63,249 nt of DNA from Deltaproteobacteria bacterium (GTDB lineage: Bacteria > Myxococcota_A > UBA9160 > SMWR01): assembly GCA_032128375.1 (NCBI GenBank), contig JAQBGU010000050.1, positions 1 to 63,249 on the forward strand. The letters are read 5' to 3'. Numbering within the stretch: position 1 is the first letter of the stretch; every line of letters starts with the position of its first letter. The notes under the pieces are model-generated. The model was not told where the DNA came from and did no database searches. It saw nothing but the letters and a program-made list of their open reading frames with translations. A program made the position numbers and the translations under genes. Below, one piece after another: positions 36,775-47,532 of the stretch.

Positions 36775-38271
36775 CTACTTGAGTTCGCGCGAAAGGGCTT
36801 CGCGAACGGAAGCGGGATTCGCCTTGCCCTGGGTCTTGCGCATCACCTGACCCATCAGGAAATTGATGACCTTCTCGTCGCCCTCACGGAATTTCTCGAC
36901 GTTTTCCGGGTTCTCGGCGAGTACCGCCATGACCGCCTCGGCGATCACACCGCTGTCCGACACCGCCTCGAGACCACGCTCTCGCACCAGGGTGGCTGGG
37001 TCTCCGCCATTCGCGACGAGTTCCCTCAACAATGCGCCGGCGCTGTTCGCGGTCGTTTTCCCCTCATCGACCAGGCGAATCAAGCTGGCCAGTGACTCGG
37101 GAGTGAGTGCGATCGCGTCGATCTCTATTTCGCACTCCCTTGCCGCCTGTATCACGTCGCGGAGTACCCAGTTCGCGACTGCTTTCGGTTGTCCGTGCGC
37201 GATCGCAGCGGCCTCGAAAAAATTCGCGAGCGCACGCGTCTGAGTGAGTTGGGTTGCCGCGTGATCGGACAGGCCGTACCCGCGCCTGAAGCGTTCGCAC
37301 TTCTGCTCCGCGAGTTCGGGGATCGCGGTGCGAATTCGCTCGATCTCCTGTGCGGATACGACTAGCGGGATCAGGTCGGGATCCGGGAAGTAGCGGTAGT
37401 CATCCGAATCCTCCTTCAACCTCATCACGAAGGTCTCTCGCCTGTCGGGGTCGTACCGGAGCGTCGCCTGCACCACCTCACCGCCCGACTCCAGGATCGC
37501 GGTCTGGCGCTTGACCTCGGCTTCGATGGCTTCCTCGATGAATCGAAACGAGTTGAGGTTCTTCAGTTCGGTTCGGGTACCGTACTGGTCCTCACCGCGC
37601 AGCCGGAGCGAAATATTTACATCACAGCGGAGCTGGCCTAGTTCCATGTCCGCGTGCGACACCTCTGTGTAACGCAGCATCGACCGCAGCGTTCTCAAAT
37701 AGGCGCTTACCTCGACCGCCGAGCGGAGGTCTGGCTCCGAGACGATCTCGATCAGAGGGACACCGCATCGGTTCAGATTGACCAGCGTTGCGTCAGACCC
37801 AGCAACCCCGTCGTCGTGGATCGACTTGCCGGCATCCTCTTCCATGTGGACCCGGGTCAGCCGAATGCGCTTGTCAGTCGTGCTCTTGTCTTCGCCATCG
37901 CCACTCTCGTCGTCGATACGAATCTCGACCCAACCTTCGGTAGCAAGCGGCTCCTCGAACTGCGAAATCTGGTACCCCTTCGGGAGGTCGGGGTAGAAGT
38001 AGTTCTTGCGCGCAAAAATCGAGCGCTCGTGAACCGTGCAATGCGTCGCCAGCGAGGCGCGAATCGCGAGTTCGACCGCATACCGGTTGATGACAGGCAG
38101 TACACCCGGGAGAGCGAGACAAACCGGATGAACGTTGTGATTGGGATCCTCCCCGTACCCAACCGGCGCTGGACTGAACAGCTTCGAGGCCGTGCGCAAA
38201 TGGACATGCGTTTCGAGGCCGATCACGACTTCGTATTTTGACACTGAACTGGTTGTTGCGAGATCAGTCAT
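36775..38271 (-). CDS. gatB: Asp/Glu-tRNA amidotransferase subunit B
   Basis: IGLETHV, RKNYFYPDLPKGYQISQ, HMEEDAGK, YRYFPDPDL and C-terminal YqeY-like domain. Confidence 0.97.
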   Translation of the reverse strand: MTDLATTSSVSKYEVVIGLETHVHLRTASKLFSPAPVGYGEDPNHNVHPVCLALPGVLPVINRYAVELAIRASLATHCTVHERSIFARKNYFYPDLPKGYQISQFEEPLATEGWVEIRIDDESGDGEDKSTTDKRIRLTRVHMEEDAGKSIHDDGVAGSDATLVNLNRCGVPLIEIVSEPDLRSAVEVSAYLRTLRSMLRYTEVSHADMELGQLRCDVNISLRLRGEDQYGTRTELKNLNSFRFIEEAIEAEVKRQTAILESGGEVVQATLRYDPDRRETFVMRLKEDSDDYRYFPDPDLIPLVVSAQEIERIRTAIPELAEQKCERFRRGYGLSDHAATQLTQTRALANFFEAAAIAHGQPKAVANWVLRDVIQAARECEIEIDAIALTPESLASLIRLVDEGKTTANSAGALLRELVANGGDPATLVRERGLEAVSDSGVIAEAVMAVLAENPENVEKFREGDEKVINFLMGQVMRKTQGKANPASVREALSRELK

Positions 38272-38274
38272 GGC

Positions 38275-39741
38275 TCACTCTGGCTCTGCGGGACGCTGTA
38301 GATGATGATCCGTTACGCGCTGATAGGCGTCCGCAATCCGCAACGGAGTCATCTCGTCGAGCGGCTTGCCGAGCAACTGAAGGCCCACCGGAAGTCCATC
38401 GACACGACCACACGGAATCGACAAGCCGGGAATTCCAGCCAGGTTCGCAGAGGCCGTGTAGACATCCGAAAGATACATCGTGAGCGGGTCGTCTGTCTTG
38501 TCGCCTAGCGCGAAGGCGACCTCCGGAGATGTCGGTGTGACCAGCGCGTCGCAGGTTTCAAAGACCCGTTCGAAATCCCTTCGCACCAAGGTCCTGACCT
38601 GCTGTGCCTTTCGATAGTAGGCGTCGTAGTACCCCGCACTCAGGACGTAGGTGCCCAACACGATTCGGCGTTTTACTTCGGTACCAAACCCTTCGGATCG
38701 AGTGTTGCGGTACATCTGACCAAGACCCTGAGCGGCGCTGCTCCGGTGTCCGTAACGAACCCCATCGAAGCGAGCCAGGTTGCTCGAAGCTTCTGCGTTC
38801 GCGATCAAGTAGTAGGTCGCAATCGCGTACTTCGTGTGCGGAAGACTCACCTTCACGGTCTTCGCCCCAGCGCTCTCGAGCACAGCGATCGCTTCGCGAA
38901 CCCTCCCGAGCACGGCGGGATCGACACCTTGCGCGACGAAGTACTCAGTCGGGATGCCGAGCGTCACGCCAGCCAGGTCTCCCGAAAACGATTCCGCGTG
39001 GCGCGGGACCGGCGCCGGGATCGAAGTCGAGTCGCGAGGATCGTGTCCGGCGATCACGTCGAGAATTGCAGCGCAATCCCGAGCGGTTCGCGCGAACGCG
39101 CCTATCTGATCCAGCGAGGATGCAAACGCTACCAATCCCCAGCGCGATACACGACCATAGGTAGGCTTGAGTCCCACGACCCCACAGAACGCCGCGGGTT
39201 GTCGGATCGATCCTCCTGTGTCGCTGCCCAGCGCCGCCGGGACAATCCCCGCGGCGACGGCTGCCGCCGATCCTCCAGACGAGCCACCCGGGGTTCGGTC
39301 CAGATCCCATGGGTTGTGGGTCGGTCCGATGTGAGAATGCTCGGTCGAAGAACCCATCGCGAACTCGTCCATGTTCGTTCGGCCGATGATGATTGCACCG
39401 GCGCGCTCGAGCCGTTCGACTGCTGTCGCGGTATACGGGGATACGAATCCGTCGAGAATTCGAGAGGCGCAGGTCGTCGGCTCCCCGGTCTGGACCATGT
39501 TGTCCTTGATCGCCACCGGAATCCCATCGAGCGGCGAGAGGACCTCTCCCCTGGCGCGACGCGCGTCCGACCGTCGCGCATCGTCGATGGCCGCGGGCAC
39601 CCGGAGTCCGACGAATGCATGAATCGAACTTTGACTGGCCTCGGCCCGCTCGAGGCATTCGGTCGAGATTTCGACCGCCGAAGTTTCGCCGGAATCGAGC
39701 GCCTTTCGCAGCTCGTCGATCGTTGCGAATGCAGTGGACAT
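38275..39741 (-). CDS. gatA: Asp/Glu-tRNA amidotransferase subunit A
   Basis: [29 protein letters not shown] and AGYYDAYY. Confidence 0.97.
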   Translation of the reverse strand: MSTAFATIDELRKALDSGETSAVEISTECLERAEASQSSIHAFVGLRVPAAIDDARRSDARRARGEVLSPLDGIPVAIKDNMVQTGEPTTCASRILDGFVSPYTATAVERLERAGAIIIGRTNMDEFAMGSSTEHSHIGPTHNPWDLDRTPGGSSGGSAAAVAAGIVPAALGSDTGGSIRQPAAFCGVVGLKPTYGRVSRWGLVAFASSLDQIGAFARTARDCAAILDVIAGHDPRDSTSIPAPVPRHAESFSGDLAGVTLGIPTEYFVAQGVDPAVLGRVREAIAVLESAGAKTVKVSLPHTKYAIATYYLIANAEASSNLARFDGVRYGHRSSAAQGLGQMYRNTRSEGFGTEVKRRIVLGTYVLSAGYYDAYYRKAQQVRTLVRRDFERVFETCDALVTPTSPEVAFALGDKTDDPLTMYLSDVYTASANLAGIPGLSIPCGRVDGLPVGLQLLGKPLDEMTPLRIADAYQRVTDHHLQRPAEPE

Positions 39742-39742
39742 C

Positions 39743-40045
39743 CTATTGCGACTCGGAGTCGATCACCTTCGGTACCACGAATGCGCTGGCGGCCGTCTCC
39801 GGGGCATTGCGAACGGCGAGCTCCGGGTCCATCGGCGGCTCTGGCAGATCGTCTCTCATCGGTGTCGCGAGAGGAATCGGGTGGGAAGTAGGGACGATCC
39901 CGGTGGTGTCGAGCTCATTGAGTGTCTCCACATAACCCAGAAACGAATCGAGCTCGCTCGCGAGCCGGTCTGCTTCGTCATCGGATAGCGACAGCCTCGC
40001 CAGTTCGGCCACTCGATCAATCTGGGTGCGGTTGATGTGAGACAT
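39743..40045 (-). CDS. gatC: Asp/Glu-tRNA amidotransferase subunit C
   Basis: VAELARL, L.ELDT and NAP....FVVPKVI; first gene of gatCAB. Confidence 0.95.
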   Translation of the reverse strand: MSHINRTQIDRVAELARLSLSDDEADRLASELDSFLGYVETLNELDTTGIVPTSHPIPLATPMRDDLPEPPMDPELAVRNAPETAASAFVVPKVIDSESQ

Positions 40046-40189
40046 CGAGTCAGCCTAGGAGTGTGCGTGATAGAGCGCCAGCTCTTGGGTACAGGACCGC
40101 CGACGGGCCTGTGATCCCTGCATTGGAGGGGGGTGGCCGCCCCATCAATGTGCCCAGGTGCCTGAGGCGTGATAGCCTCGCGTGCAACT

Positions 40190-41683
40190 ATGACTGAGCC
40201 TACAGAGCTACACGAAGTATTCGCAAGCCTGCCGGAAGGACTCCAGCAGGGCATCCGCGATCTGGGCTGGGCGCATCCCACACCCGTCCAGTCCAAGTCC
40301 CTACCACCGATGGACGAGGGCCGTGACATGATCGTCCAGGCCCACACGGGCAGCGGCAAGACAGGAGCTTTCGGAATTCCAATCGTCAGGGCGCTGGACC
40401 CATCGACCCGCAAGACCCAGGCGTTGGTGATGTTGCCGACTCGAGAACTGGCCAACCAAGTCGCTGGCGAGATCTCAGCGCTGGGCAAGCATCTCGGCGT
40501 CCGGTGTCTGCCGATCTACGGCGGTGTCGGCTACTCGCAGCAACTCGAGGGAATCGAAGCAGGCGCTCATGTGATCGTCGGAACGCCCGGACGAATTCTC
40601 GACCATCTCGGGTCGGGCAATCTGAATTTCGACAACGTCCGCACCCTGGTTCTCGACGAGGCGGACGAGCTTCTGTCGCTAGGGTTCTGGCCGGACATGC
40701 GGGAGATCGAAAAGTACCTGCCGAAAGACCGCCAATCCTGCTTGTTTTCGGCGACGATCCCAGAGCGAGTTCGTTCGCTTTCACGGGTCTTCCTCAACGA
40801 CCCGGTATTCGTATCGCCATCGGAGGGCCAGCTCGCCCCCCAACAGATCGAGCACTATTTCATGGTCACGACCGCTCAGGAGAAAGAGGCGAACCTCGCA
40901 CGAATTCTCGAGGACGAAGACCCGGAGAGTGCGATCATTTTCTGCAATACCAAAGACGATGTGCGCTTCGTTACGACCTATCTGCAGCGCCGCGGCTTCG
41001 ATGCGGATCAGATTTCCGGCGACCTAGCGCAGTCGGCGCGCGAACAGGCCATGGCCAGGATCAAGGCCGGCAAACTGCGGTTGCTCGTTGCTACCGATGT
41101 CGCGGCTCGGGGGATCGACATCAGCGATCTGAGTCACGTCATTAGTTATTCGGCGCCCCAATCACCAGAAATCTATGTGCACCGGACCGGCCGTACCGGG
41201 CGGGCCGGCAAAGCGGGAATAGCGATTTCATTGGTGTCGGGGCTCGACATCGGAAATTTCCGATATCTGCAGAACGTCAACAAGATTGAAATCAAAGAAC
41301 GCAAGCTCCCGACCGAAAAGAGCACCCTGGCGCGCCTGCGCGACCGTCTCGCGGTGAAGGTCGAACAGGAAATCCGAGCGCTGCCCGAACGCGACCGGGG
41401 TGCGAAGATCGATCGCTTCATCCCGATGGTCGAAGCCCTCGTCTCGAGCGGCGAAGGGAAGCGAGAGCTGGCGGCGCTCTGCGCGTTCTACCTGCATGAA
41501 CACAAGCCAGAAACGAACGTTCCCTCGATCGTCGCGCAGGTCGTCTCCGATGGATCGCCGGACGGCGAGCGCTACAACACGGCTCCGGAGCGCGGGCCGC
41601 GGCCCAAGCGGTCAGGCCCCGGGCGCTCGGGTTCGGGCGGCCGCAAAGGCCGAGGCCGCAAAGGAGGAGGCCGCAAGCGTTAG
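40190..41683 (+). CDS. DEAD-box RNA helicase
   Basis: Q motif, TGSGKT, PTRELA, TPGR, DEAD, SAT, ARGID and HRTGRTGR, with a basic Gly-rich tail. Confidence 0.93.
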   Translation: MTEPTELHEVFASLPEGLQQGIRDLGWAHPTPVQSKSLPPMDEGRDMIVQAHTGSGKTGAFGIPIVRALDPSTRKTQALVMLPTRELANQVAGEISALGKHLGVRCLPIYGGVGYSQQLEGIEAGAHVIVGTPGRILDHLGSGNLNFDNVRTLVLDEADELLSLGFWPDMREIEKYLPKDRQSCLFSATIPERVRSLSRVFLNDPVFVSPSEGQLAPQQIEHYFMVTTAQEKEANLARILEDEDPESAIIFCNTKDDVRFVTTYLQRRGFDADQISGDLAQSAREQAMARIKAGKLRLLVATDVAARGIDISDLSHVISYSAPQSPEIYVHRTGRTGRAGKAGIAISLVSGLDIGNFRYLQNVNKIEIKERKLPTEKSTLARLRDRLAVKVEQEIRALPERDRGAKIDRFIPMVEALVSSGEGKRELAALCAFYLHEHKPETNVPSIVAQVVSDGSPDGERYNTAPERGPRPKRSGPGRSGSGGRKGRGRKGGGRKR

Positions 41684-41752
41684 CGCTCCTGGACGCTGGC
41701 TCTTCGAAATTGCGCGATGCGCGCTAGGTGCTGCGCTCCAACCCGAAGCGGG

Positions 41753-42655
41753 TCAGCTTTCGACACTCAGCCAGCGGTCTGATACGTCTGCGCCAGACGC
41801 TCTCAGCAAGCCCATACGCCGTCCGCTTGGGTCGAGCGTGACCAGAGACATACCTAGGAACCTTCCCAGATCCGCTGCAACCAGCGGGGAAGCTTGTCGC
41901 AGCGCCTTGCCAATTTCGGCCTCGCGCTCGTGCCCCCCGGTGTGGAGTAGAAGCCCGTCTGCCGGACGGAAGACGCGCCTGTCTGCACCCTGCGCGTGCA
42001 CGCTGGCAATCTCGCCGGAGGTGTCCGCCAGCAGGATCGTGGCCGCACCAGCCCCGGGTCGCGCCACGCACCAGTCGACCGCAGCATCAATGCTCTCGAA
42101 GCGCGATAGGCAATCGTGGGCCAACAGCGTGACGGGAGCCGCGCACGGGGTTGAGTCCGAGCCAACTGGCTGAGGAATCGTTGCAACGGCCAGGCCGCCC
42201 TCGTTGATGCCGGCGAGCGGTGTGGTCGACCAGGGCCGGATCAGCTCGACCGATGCGAATCCGCCGTCGGGTCGACAGCGCCTGACGATCGAGTCCTCCG
42301 GATACGTCCGCGAAAGAACCGCCTGCGCGTCAGTCAGTTCGCTCGTCGCGGCGAACGCGAGTGATCCCTTCGCCGTCGCCGGCCGGTTTTCCCGAGCAAT
42401 CATGTCGACCAGCCACGCCACCGGCACACCTGCGCCCCGGCTCATGCCTTCGATCGCTTCTGATTGCTGTGGGAAGTAACGACGCAGGTCACGCGACACA
42501 AGCCGACTGGCCTCGGAATCGCGACCCAGCCGCCAGAGCGTTCGATGCCAGTTCGGATTCGCAGCGTAGCTGGCTGCTAGAGTTGCACGGCACCAGCGCC
42601 CCTGGTCGAGTCCGATATCACGCGGTGCGCCTTCGCACATCAATACGTGGGTCAT
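41753..42655 (-). CDS. C45/AAT-like Ntn-hydrolase-fold protein (divergent)
   Basis: G..RDIGLDQG, EAIEGMSRGAGV, LAGINEGGLAV and LLADTSGE patterns. The expected Gly-Cys site reads GS. Confidence 0.55.
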   Translation of the reverse strand: MTHVLMCEGAPRDIGLDQGRWCRATLAASYAANPNWHRTLWRLGRDSEASRLVSRDLRRYFPQQSEAIEGMSRGAGVPVAWLVDMIARENRPATAKGSLAFAATSELTDAQAVLSRTYPEDSIVRRCRPDGGFASVELIRPWSTTPLAGINEGGLAVATIPQPVGSDSTPCAAPVTLLAHDCLSRFESIDAAVDWCVARPGAGAATILLADTSGEIASVHAQGADRRVFRPADGLLLHTGGHEREAEIGKALRQASPLVAADLGRFLGMSLVTLDPSGRRMGLLRASGADVSDRWLSVES

Positions 42656-43548
42656 CGAGTCTCCTGTCCTGTAGACCCAACCGAAGCCGGTGGAACCGTC
42701 TCGAATCCTTTCGAAAAAGAATCGCTGGTAATCGTCAATACCTCGTTGAGCGAACCCGTCCGGTAGCCCTCCAGATCCAGCGACACCCAGCGAAATCCGA
42801 GCGGTTTGATGGCTTCGACGATGGCCTGGGCGCGGACCGGATCAAGCGCCCGCGCGAGTTCTTCTGGCGCGATCTCGATCCGGGCCATCGCGCCGTGATG
42901 GCGTAGCCGAACTTGTCGGTAGCCGAGCGCCCGAAGCCTCTCCTCACCCTGCTCGACCTGCCGGAGCCGCTCTGGCGTCACCGAGGTCCCATAGGGGAGC
43001 CGCGAAGACAAACAAGCCGAGGCGGGCAGATCTGCCGTCGGGAGCCCGGCGCGGCGAGAAAGTTCGCGGATCTCGCTCTTGCCCAGACCCGCTGAAAGGA
43101 ATGGAGACAGTACGCCGTGCTCGTCGGCGGCGCGGTGACCTGGACGAAAGTCCCCGGTGTCGTCGGTGTTCACGCCGTATGCGACCGTATCGAACCCGAG
43201 TTCGTCGCGAAGTGCCCCGAGTACGTCGAACAGTTCCGTCTTGCAGTGGTAACAGCGATCGGGCGCGTTCGCGCGATACTCGGCACGGTCGAGCTCATGG
43301 GTCGACACGAACCGGTGCGCGATCTGGAACTCGGCACTGACCTTCTCGGCCATCACTCGGTGAGACTCAGGATACGAGGCGGACAGCGCGGTGACCGCAA
43401 TCGCATCGTCACCGAGCCATCGCGATGCAGCGAAGGCGAGATAGCTCGAATCCACACCACCAGAAAAAGCGATCAGGACGCGCCCTGCGGCGCGAAGTTC
43501 GGCCTCGAGCACCGCCTGCTTGGTATTGATTTCGGAGGGGGCTTCCAC
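42652..43548 (-). CDS. larE: LarE family ATP-dependent sulfur transferase
   Basis: PP-loop SGGVDS, PDRCYHCK, DD..DFRPG, ACLSSR, RLRHHG and GYRTGS. Confidence 0.9.
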   Translation of the reverse strand: MEAPSEINTKQAVLEAELRAAGRVLIAFSGGVDSSYLAFAASRWLGDDAIAVTALSASYPESHRVMAEKVSAEFQIAHRFVSTHELDRAEYRANAPDRCYHCKTELFDVLGALRDELGFDTVAYGVNTDDTGDFRPGHRAADEHGVLSPFLSAGLGKSEIRELSRRAGLPTADLPASACLSSRLPYGTSVTPERLRQVEQGEERLRALGYRQVRLRHHGAMARIEIAPEELARALDPVRAQAIVEAIKPLGFRWVSLDLEGYRTGSLNEVLTITSDSFSKGFETVPPASVGSTGQETR

Positions 43549-43670
43549 GCCTGCAGAGTACGAAGCGCTGCCATATGGGTCAAGCGGCCGGATTCGATGC
43601 CGCGCCGGTTCGCGATCAGGCGGGTGCGGCTATCCTCGGCTTGGGTGGCACCCGATACGCTGAGGAACTC

Positions 43671-44828
43671 ATGGGCAAGTTGCGCATAGGACTGCTTTTT
43701 GGAGGCCGATCGGTCGAGCACGAGGTTTCGCTGGCGTCGGCGAGGTCGATCCTCGCTGCCCTCGACCCCGATCGCTACGACATCGTTCGAATCGCAGTGG
43801 GACTCGATGGGCGCTGGCACCTGGGTAGCGAGGCGCTCCCGCTCCCAGCCACGCTCGAGGGAGTCGAAGTGACTCTTCCAGCGGTCCCCAGTGATCACAC
43901 GCTCGTATCGACTGAACACGACGGAGTAGTAGCCGTCGAACTCGATGTGGTGTTTCCGATCATCCACGGCCGCGGAGGCGAAGACGGATCATTGCAAGGC
44001 CTGCTGCAACTGGCCGAAGTGGCCTACGTCGGCTCGGGCGTGCTCGGTTCCGCGCTCCAAATGGACAAGGAAGTTTCGAAACGCCTGCTCCAGGCAGCCG
44101 GCCTGCCTGTTACGCCCTGGCTCTGTGTTCGCGCCGCGCAGCTGCGAACAGATCCCGAGGCCGTGGCATCGCGGATCTTGAAGCAAATCGGACTGCCGTT
44201 GTTCGTGAAGCCCGCCAACCAGGGCTCTTCGGTTGGTATTTCGCGGGTCGGGAAGGCGGCGGAGCTGATTCCCGCGCTCACCCACGCTGCACGCTTCGAT
44301 ACGAAGCTGCTCGCAGAACAGGGATTGGACGCGAGAGAGATCGAGGTCGCGCTGCTCGGTAATGACCCGATCGAGGCATCTGTGCCCGGCGAGATTCGCA
44401 CCCGTCGAGAATTCTACGACTACGAGGCCAAATACCACGACAACGACACGGAACTTTTGATTCCCGCGCCACTGGATAAAGAGCAGACCGCAGAGGTCCG
44501 ACGCCTGGCAATCGAAGCGACACTGGCCCTCGAGGGCGCCGGGCTCGCGCGCGTCGACTTCCTGCTGGACCGGATCTCGGGCCGATTCTTTGTCAATGAG
44601 GTCAACAGCTTGCCGGGGTTCACGGAAGGATCGATGTACCCAAAACTCTGGGAGGCTTCCGGGTTGAGTTATTCCGCGCTACTAGACCGATTGATCGAGT
44701 TGGCGATCGCGCGCCACAAGATCGCTACTTCGCTCGAAACGCGCTACGTGCGGGCTAGGAGCGCGACCCAAGCTGGCTCGGGCGACGACGTGGAAGCTTT
44801 CGACGCACAGCGGCGAACGCGCAACTAG
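43671..44828 (+). CDS. ddl: D-alanine--D-alanine ligase
   Basis: GGRSVEHEVS, HGRGGEDG, KPANQGSSVG, YDYEAKY and NEVNSLPGFT. Confidence 0.95.
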   Translation: MGKLRIGLLFGGRSVEHEVSLASARSILAALDPDRYDIVRIAVGLDGRWHLGSEALPLPATLEGVEVTLPAVPSDHTLVSTEHDGVVAVELDVVFPIIHGRGGEDGSLQGLLQLAEVAYVGSGVLGSALQMDKEVSKRLLQAAGLPVTPWLCVRAAQLRTDPEAVASRILKQIGLPLFVKPANQGSSVGISRVGKAAELIPALTHAARFDTKLLAEQGLDAREIEVALLGNDPIEASVPGEIRTRREFYDYEAKYHDNDTELLIPAPLDKEQTAEVRRLAIEATLALEGAGLARVDFLLDRISGRFFVNEVNSLPGFTEGSMYPKLWEASGLSYSALLDRLIELAIARHKIATSLETRYVRARSATQAGSGDDVEAFDAQRRTRN

Positions 44829-44894
44829 CTCCGCGAGGATTCGACACTCGCGTCATCGGATGACCTGCTGGCCTCGTGCGACGGAACCGGGAGA

Positions 44895-46304
44895 TTACTC
44901 GCCGATTCGGTAGCCGAGAGCTTTCAGTTGATTGAGTCGCATCTGGTCCAACTCGATCGTCGCTGGACCGGTACCCCAAGGTGGACTCGATTCTTCCAGG
45001 TAGCGCTCCACCTGTCCGAGCATCCCACCGAGTTCAGGTGGATTGTCGGCGAACAGATCCTTCTTCTCGTCTGGGTCGTCCTGCAAGTTGTAAAATTCGT
45101 CTTTGGATCGTTTGTAGCGGTGGACGATGATTTTCTTCGATCCGTCGATGACCGAAACGATTTCCTCTGGATCCGCTTTACCATTTCCCCAGCGTTGGTC
45201 CATGTGTGAGATGATCGGGCGCTCGAGCCCCGCAAGGTCTCCAGGCGCCTGTGAACCGCCCGCCTGGAGAATCAACGGCAGCATGGATCGACCGTCGATC
45301 CCATCCATCGCGGGGAGCCCAACCAGCTCGAGAAGGGTCGGCCAAATATCGACGTTGCCGATCATCTGACTCACGCGGATTCCCTTCTCGAGAATGAACG
45401 GCGGGATTATCAGAAATGGAACGTGTGTGGTCTCACCATACAGGTCTCTCGCGTGACCTTCCCAGCCGTGTTCGAGAAACGCCTCACCGTGGTCAGCGGC
45501 GACCACAATCAGTGTCCTTTGAAGGATGTTGTGATTGTCGAGGGCTTGGACGAATGAACCGATCACGCGATCTTCCCAGTTGATCGACTTGTCATACGCA
45601 TCGGAGTAACCGGGGCCGAAGGCCGGTGCGAACTCGTCGAACACATATTGGTGAAGATCCATCATGTGTACATACAAGAAGAATTTTTCTTGGCCGAAGT
45701 TGTCGAGGAAATCCCTCACGCTGTCCGCGGTATCTTCGTCTGTACCCCCGATCGGACGTGGCGCGAGAGAATGCCTCTGGAGTTTCGAGGTGCCCGGGCG
45801 CGGCTGATGATAGGTGGTAAAGCCCTGCTGAAAACCAAAGTTCGGAGCGACCCATCCGTTGCGCCAGACACCCGCCGTGCGGTAGCCGGCGGCCGCGAAA
45901 ATTTCGGCCGGCATCACAACGGCTTCGGGAAGAACCTGGTTATACCGCAGGACCCCATTGGTCGCGGGATAGGTGCCAGTCCAGATCGATGCCATCGAAG
46001 TCTTCGTCCAGCTCGATTGGGAGATCACTTGCTCGAAGACGATGCCGTGGGCGGACAGATCGTCGAGCACCGGCGTCGTCTCACGCCCGTAGCCGTACAT
46101 GCCCATATGATCAGCGCGCAGCGTGTCGACCACGACGAACACGACGTTGAGATCGTCGCGATCCTTCAGCGTCGCAAGATCCGCCACTGTTCCGCTGGGT
46201 CGAGATGGAATCCGCAGCTCGAACTGCGTCGAAAGCGCAGCCAGCAGAAGGATGCCTCCCGCGATATAATATGTTGCGGGCGAATCGAATAGGCGGCGCA
46301 ACAT
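44895..46304 (-). CDS. Membrane-anchored sulfatase-like (alkaline phosphatase superfamily) hydrolase/transferase
   Basis: N-terminal TM helix, DTLRADH, SSWTKTSMAS, ADHGE..EHG and C-terminal LKALGY. Confidence 0.85.
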   Translation of the reverse strand: MLRRLFDSPATYYIAGGILLLAALSTQFELRIPSRPSGTVADLATLKDRDDLNVVFVVVDTLRADHMGMYGYGRETTPVLDDLSAHGIVFEQVISQSSWTKTSMASIWTGTYPATNGVLRYNQVLPEAVVMPAEIFAAAGYRTAGVWRNGWVAPNFGFQQGFTTYHQPRPGTSKLQRHSLAPRPIGGTDEDTADSVRDFLDNFGQEKFFLYVHMMDLHQYVFDEFAPAFGPGYSDAYDKSINWEDRVIGSFVQALDNHNILQRTLIVVAADHGEAFLEHGWEGHARDLYGETTHVPFLIIPPFILEKGIRVSQMIGNVDIWPTLLELVGLPAMDGIDGRSMLPLILQAGGSQAPGDLAGLERPIISHMDQRWGNGKADPEEIVSVIDGSKKIIVHRYKRSKDEFYNLQDDPDEKKDLFADNPPELGGMLGQVERYLEESSPPWGTGPATIELDQMRLNQLKALGYRIGE

Positions 46305-46403
46305 TCTGAGACCTCCGGGCCGGAGGGGATCCTACCCAATCTCACGCCGCTCGCATCGCTTTCGAGCCCACCCTGCCGGCCGACCCTAGCCTGGTAGCTG
46401 AGC

Positions 46404-46438
46404 AAAAAAAAACGGCCCCTTCTTTCGAAGGGGCCGTT
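46404..46438 (-). terminator. Rho-independent terminator of the PEP-CTERM gene
   Basis: 12-bp stem aacggccccttc/gaaggggccgtt with a 4-nt loop, followed on the minus strand by a U tract. Confidence 0.9.
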
Positions 46439-46487
46439 CCCGCCGATCGATCGAAACCGACCGGGTTTTCTTTTTCTTTCTATATTA

Positions 46488-47324
46488 CTACTTGCGCATT
46501 CGGCTGCGACCGAGCAGCGCGAGGCCGACTACGCCGGATCCGAGCAGCAACATCAATCCCGGTTCCGGGACGAAGTGCATGGTGAGCGAGGTAAACAGTG
46601 CAATCTTGGTCGTGTTACCCGCAATACCCTTCGTGACCACCTGGACGGGGGTGATCAACTGAACAATACCCGACGCCTTGGCGGTCGAGGAAGTGTTCGA
46701 TGCCGGGCCGTGAACGAAGCCGTGATGCATGCGCGTAATAATCACACCGTTCGCGGTAGATTGAAGGCGCGTGGCTGTCTTCAACTGCCAAGGCGAGTTG
46801 ATCAGCGAAATACGGATCGCGCCGGTACCACCGACGGTGACGGTGCCACCAACGCCAACGCCAATCGCGCCATTGTTCCGGGTCAAAATCAACGGAAGCA
46901 AGGCACCGCATCCCGAAACGACCAAGCAGACACGAGTCACACCGGCGATCCCCAGCGTATTCTGGGTCAGAGGATTGCTCAGCGCCGCGCCCGAGATCGG
47001 CGCGAACGTACCGCCGCGACCAAAGGCACCATCGACGATGTTCGATGCGATGGTTCCAGTCACTTCAGGGTCGGTTACCGGTGCCGGTGAGGCATCTGCC
47101 GGATCGGTCGGCGCGATGCGCAGGGTATCAAGATGCCCTCCGCCGCTCATTCCGGCGTTTGATTGGTTGACAGTCACGACACCTGTCGCCGTCGTGATCC
47201 CGACCTTACCGAACCCCAGCTTCGTACCGATGCTGGATTGAACCTTGTAAGGCCGTGCTGACGCGGTAACCGCAAACGTGAGGGCTACCATGCCGATTAC
47301 GGCAATTGATAATAGTTTCCGCAT
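46488..47324 (-). CDS. PEP-CTERM sorting domain surface protein (Thr/Gly/Ser-rich)
   Basis: Signal peptide MRKLLSIAVIGMVALTFAVTASA and C-terminal VPEPGLMLLLGSGVVGLALLGRSRMRK. SD CAGGAG. Confidence 0.9.
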   Translation of the reverse strand: MRKLLSIAVIGMVALTFAVTASARPYKVQSSIGTKLGFGKVGITTATGVVTVNQSNAGMSGGGHLDTLRIAPTDPADASPAPVTDPEVTGTIASNIVDGAFGRGGTFAPISGAALSNPLTQNTLGIAGVTRVCLVVSGCGALLPLILTRNNGAIGVGVGGTVTVGGTGAIRISLINSPWQLKTATRLQSTANGVIITRMHHGFVHGPASNTSSTAKASGIVQLITPVQVVTKGIAGNTTKIALFTSLTMHFVPEPGLMLLLGSGVVGLALLGRSRMRK

Positions 47325-47515
47325 TGTGACTGAACTCCTGTTTTGTTCCTGGTGCATTGTTTTTTTTTGGCTCATGCGCCCCAACAGGGAGCGATCCTGA
47401 GTCTCACTAATCGTGTTCGTGTTCGTCTCTGGTGTATCCAAGATCGTCTCTAAGATCCTGGCTCACTTGCGCATCAGCAATCGCAGCTGCATCGCGGTGC
47501 CTCAGGGGAACCCGC

Positions 47516-47532
47516 TGCAACTCCAGTGCCAA
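47516..47532 (-). promoter_or_regulatory. Sigma54 (RpoN) -24/-12 promoter
   Basis: Minus strand TTGGCAC-TGGAG-TTGCA matches TGGCAC-N5-TTGC. Confidence 0.85.
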
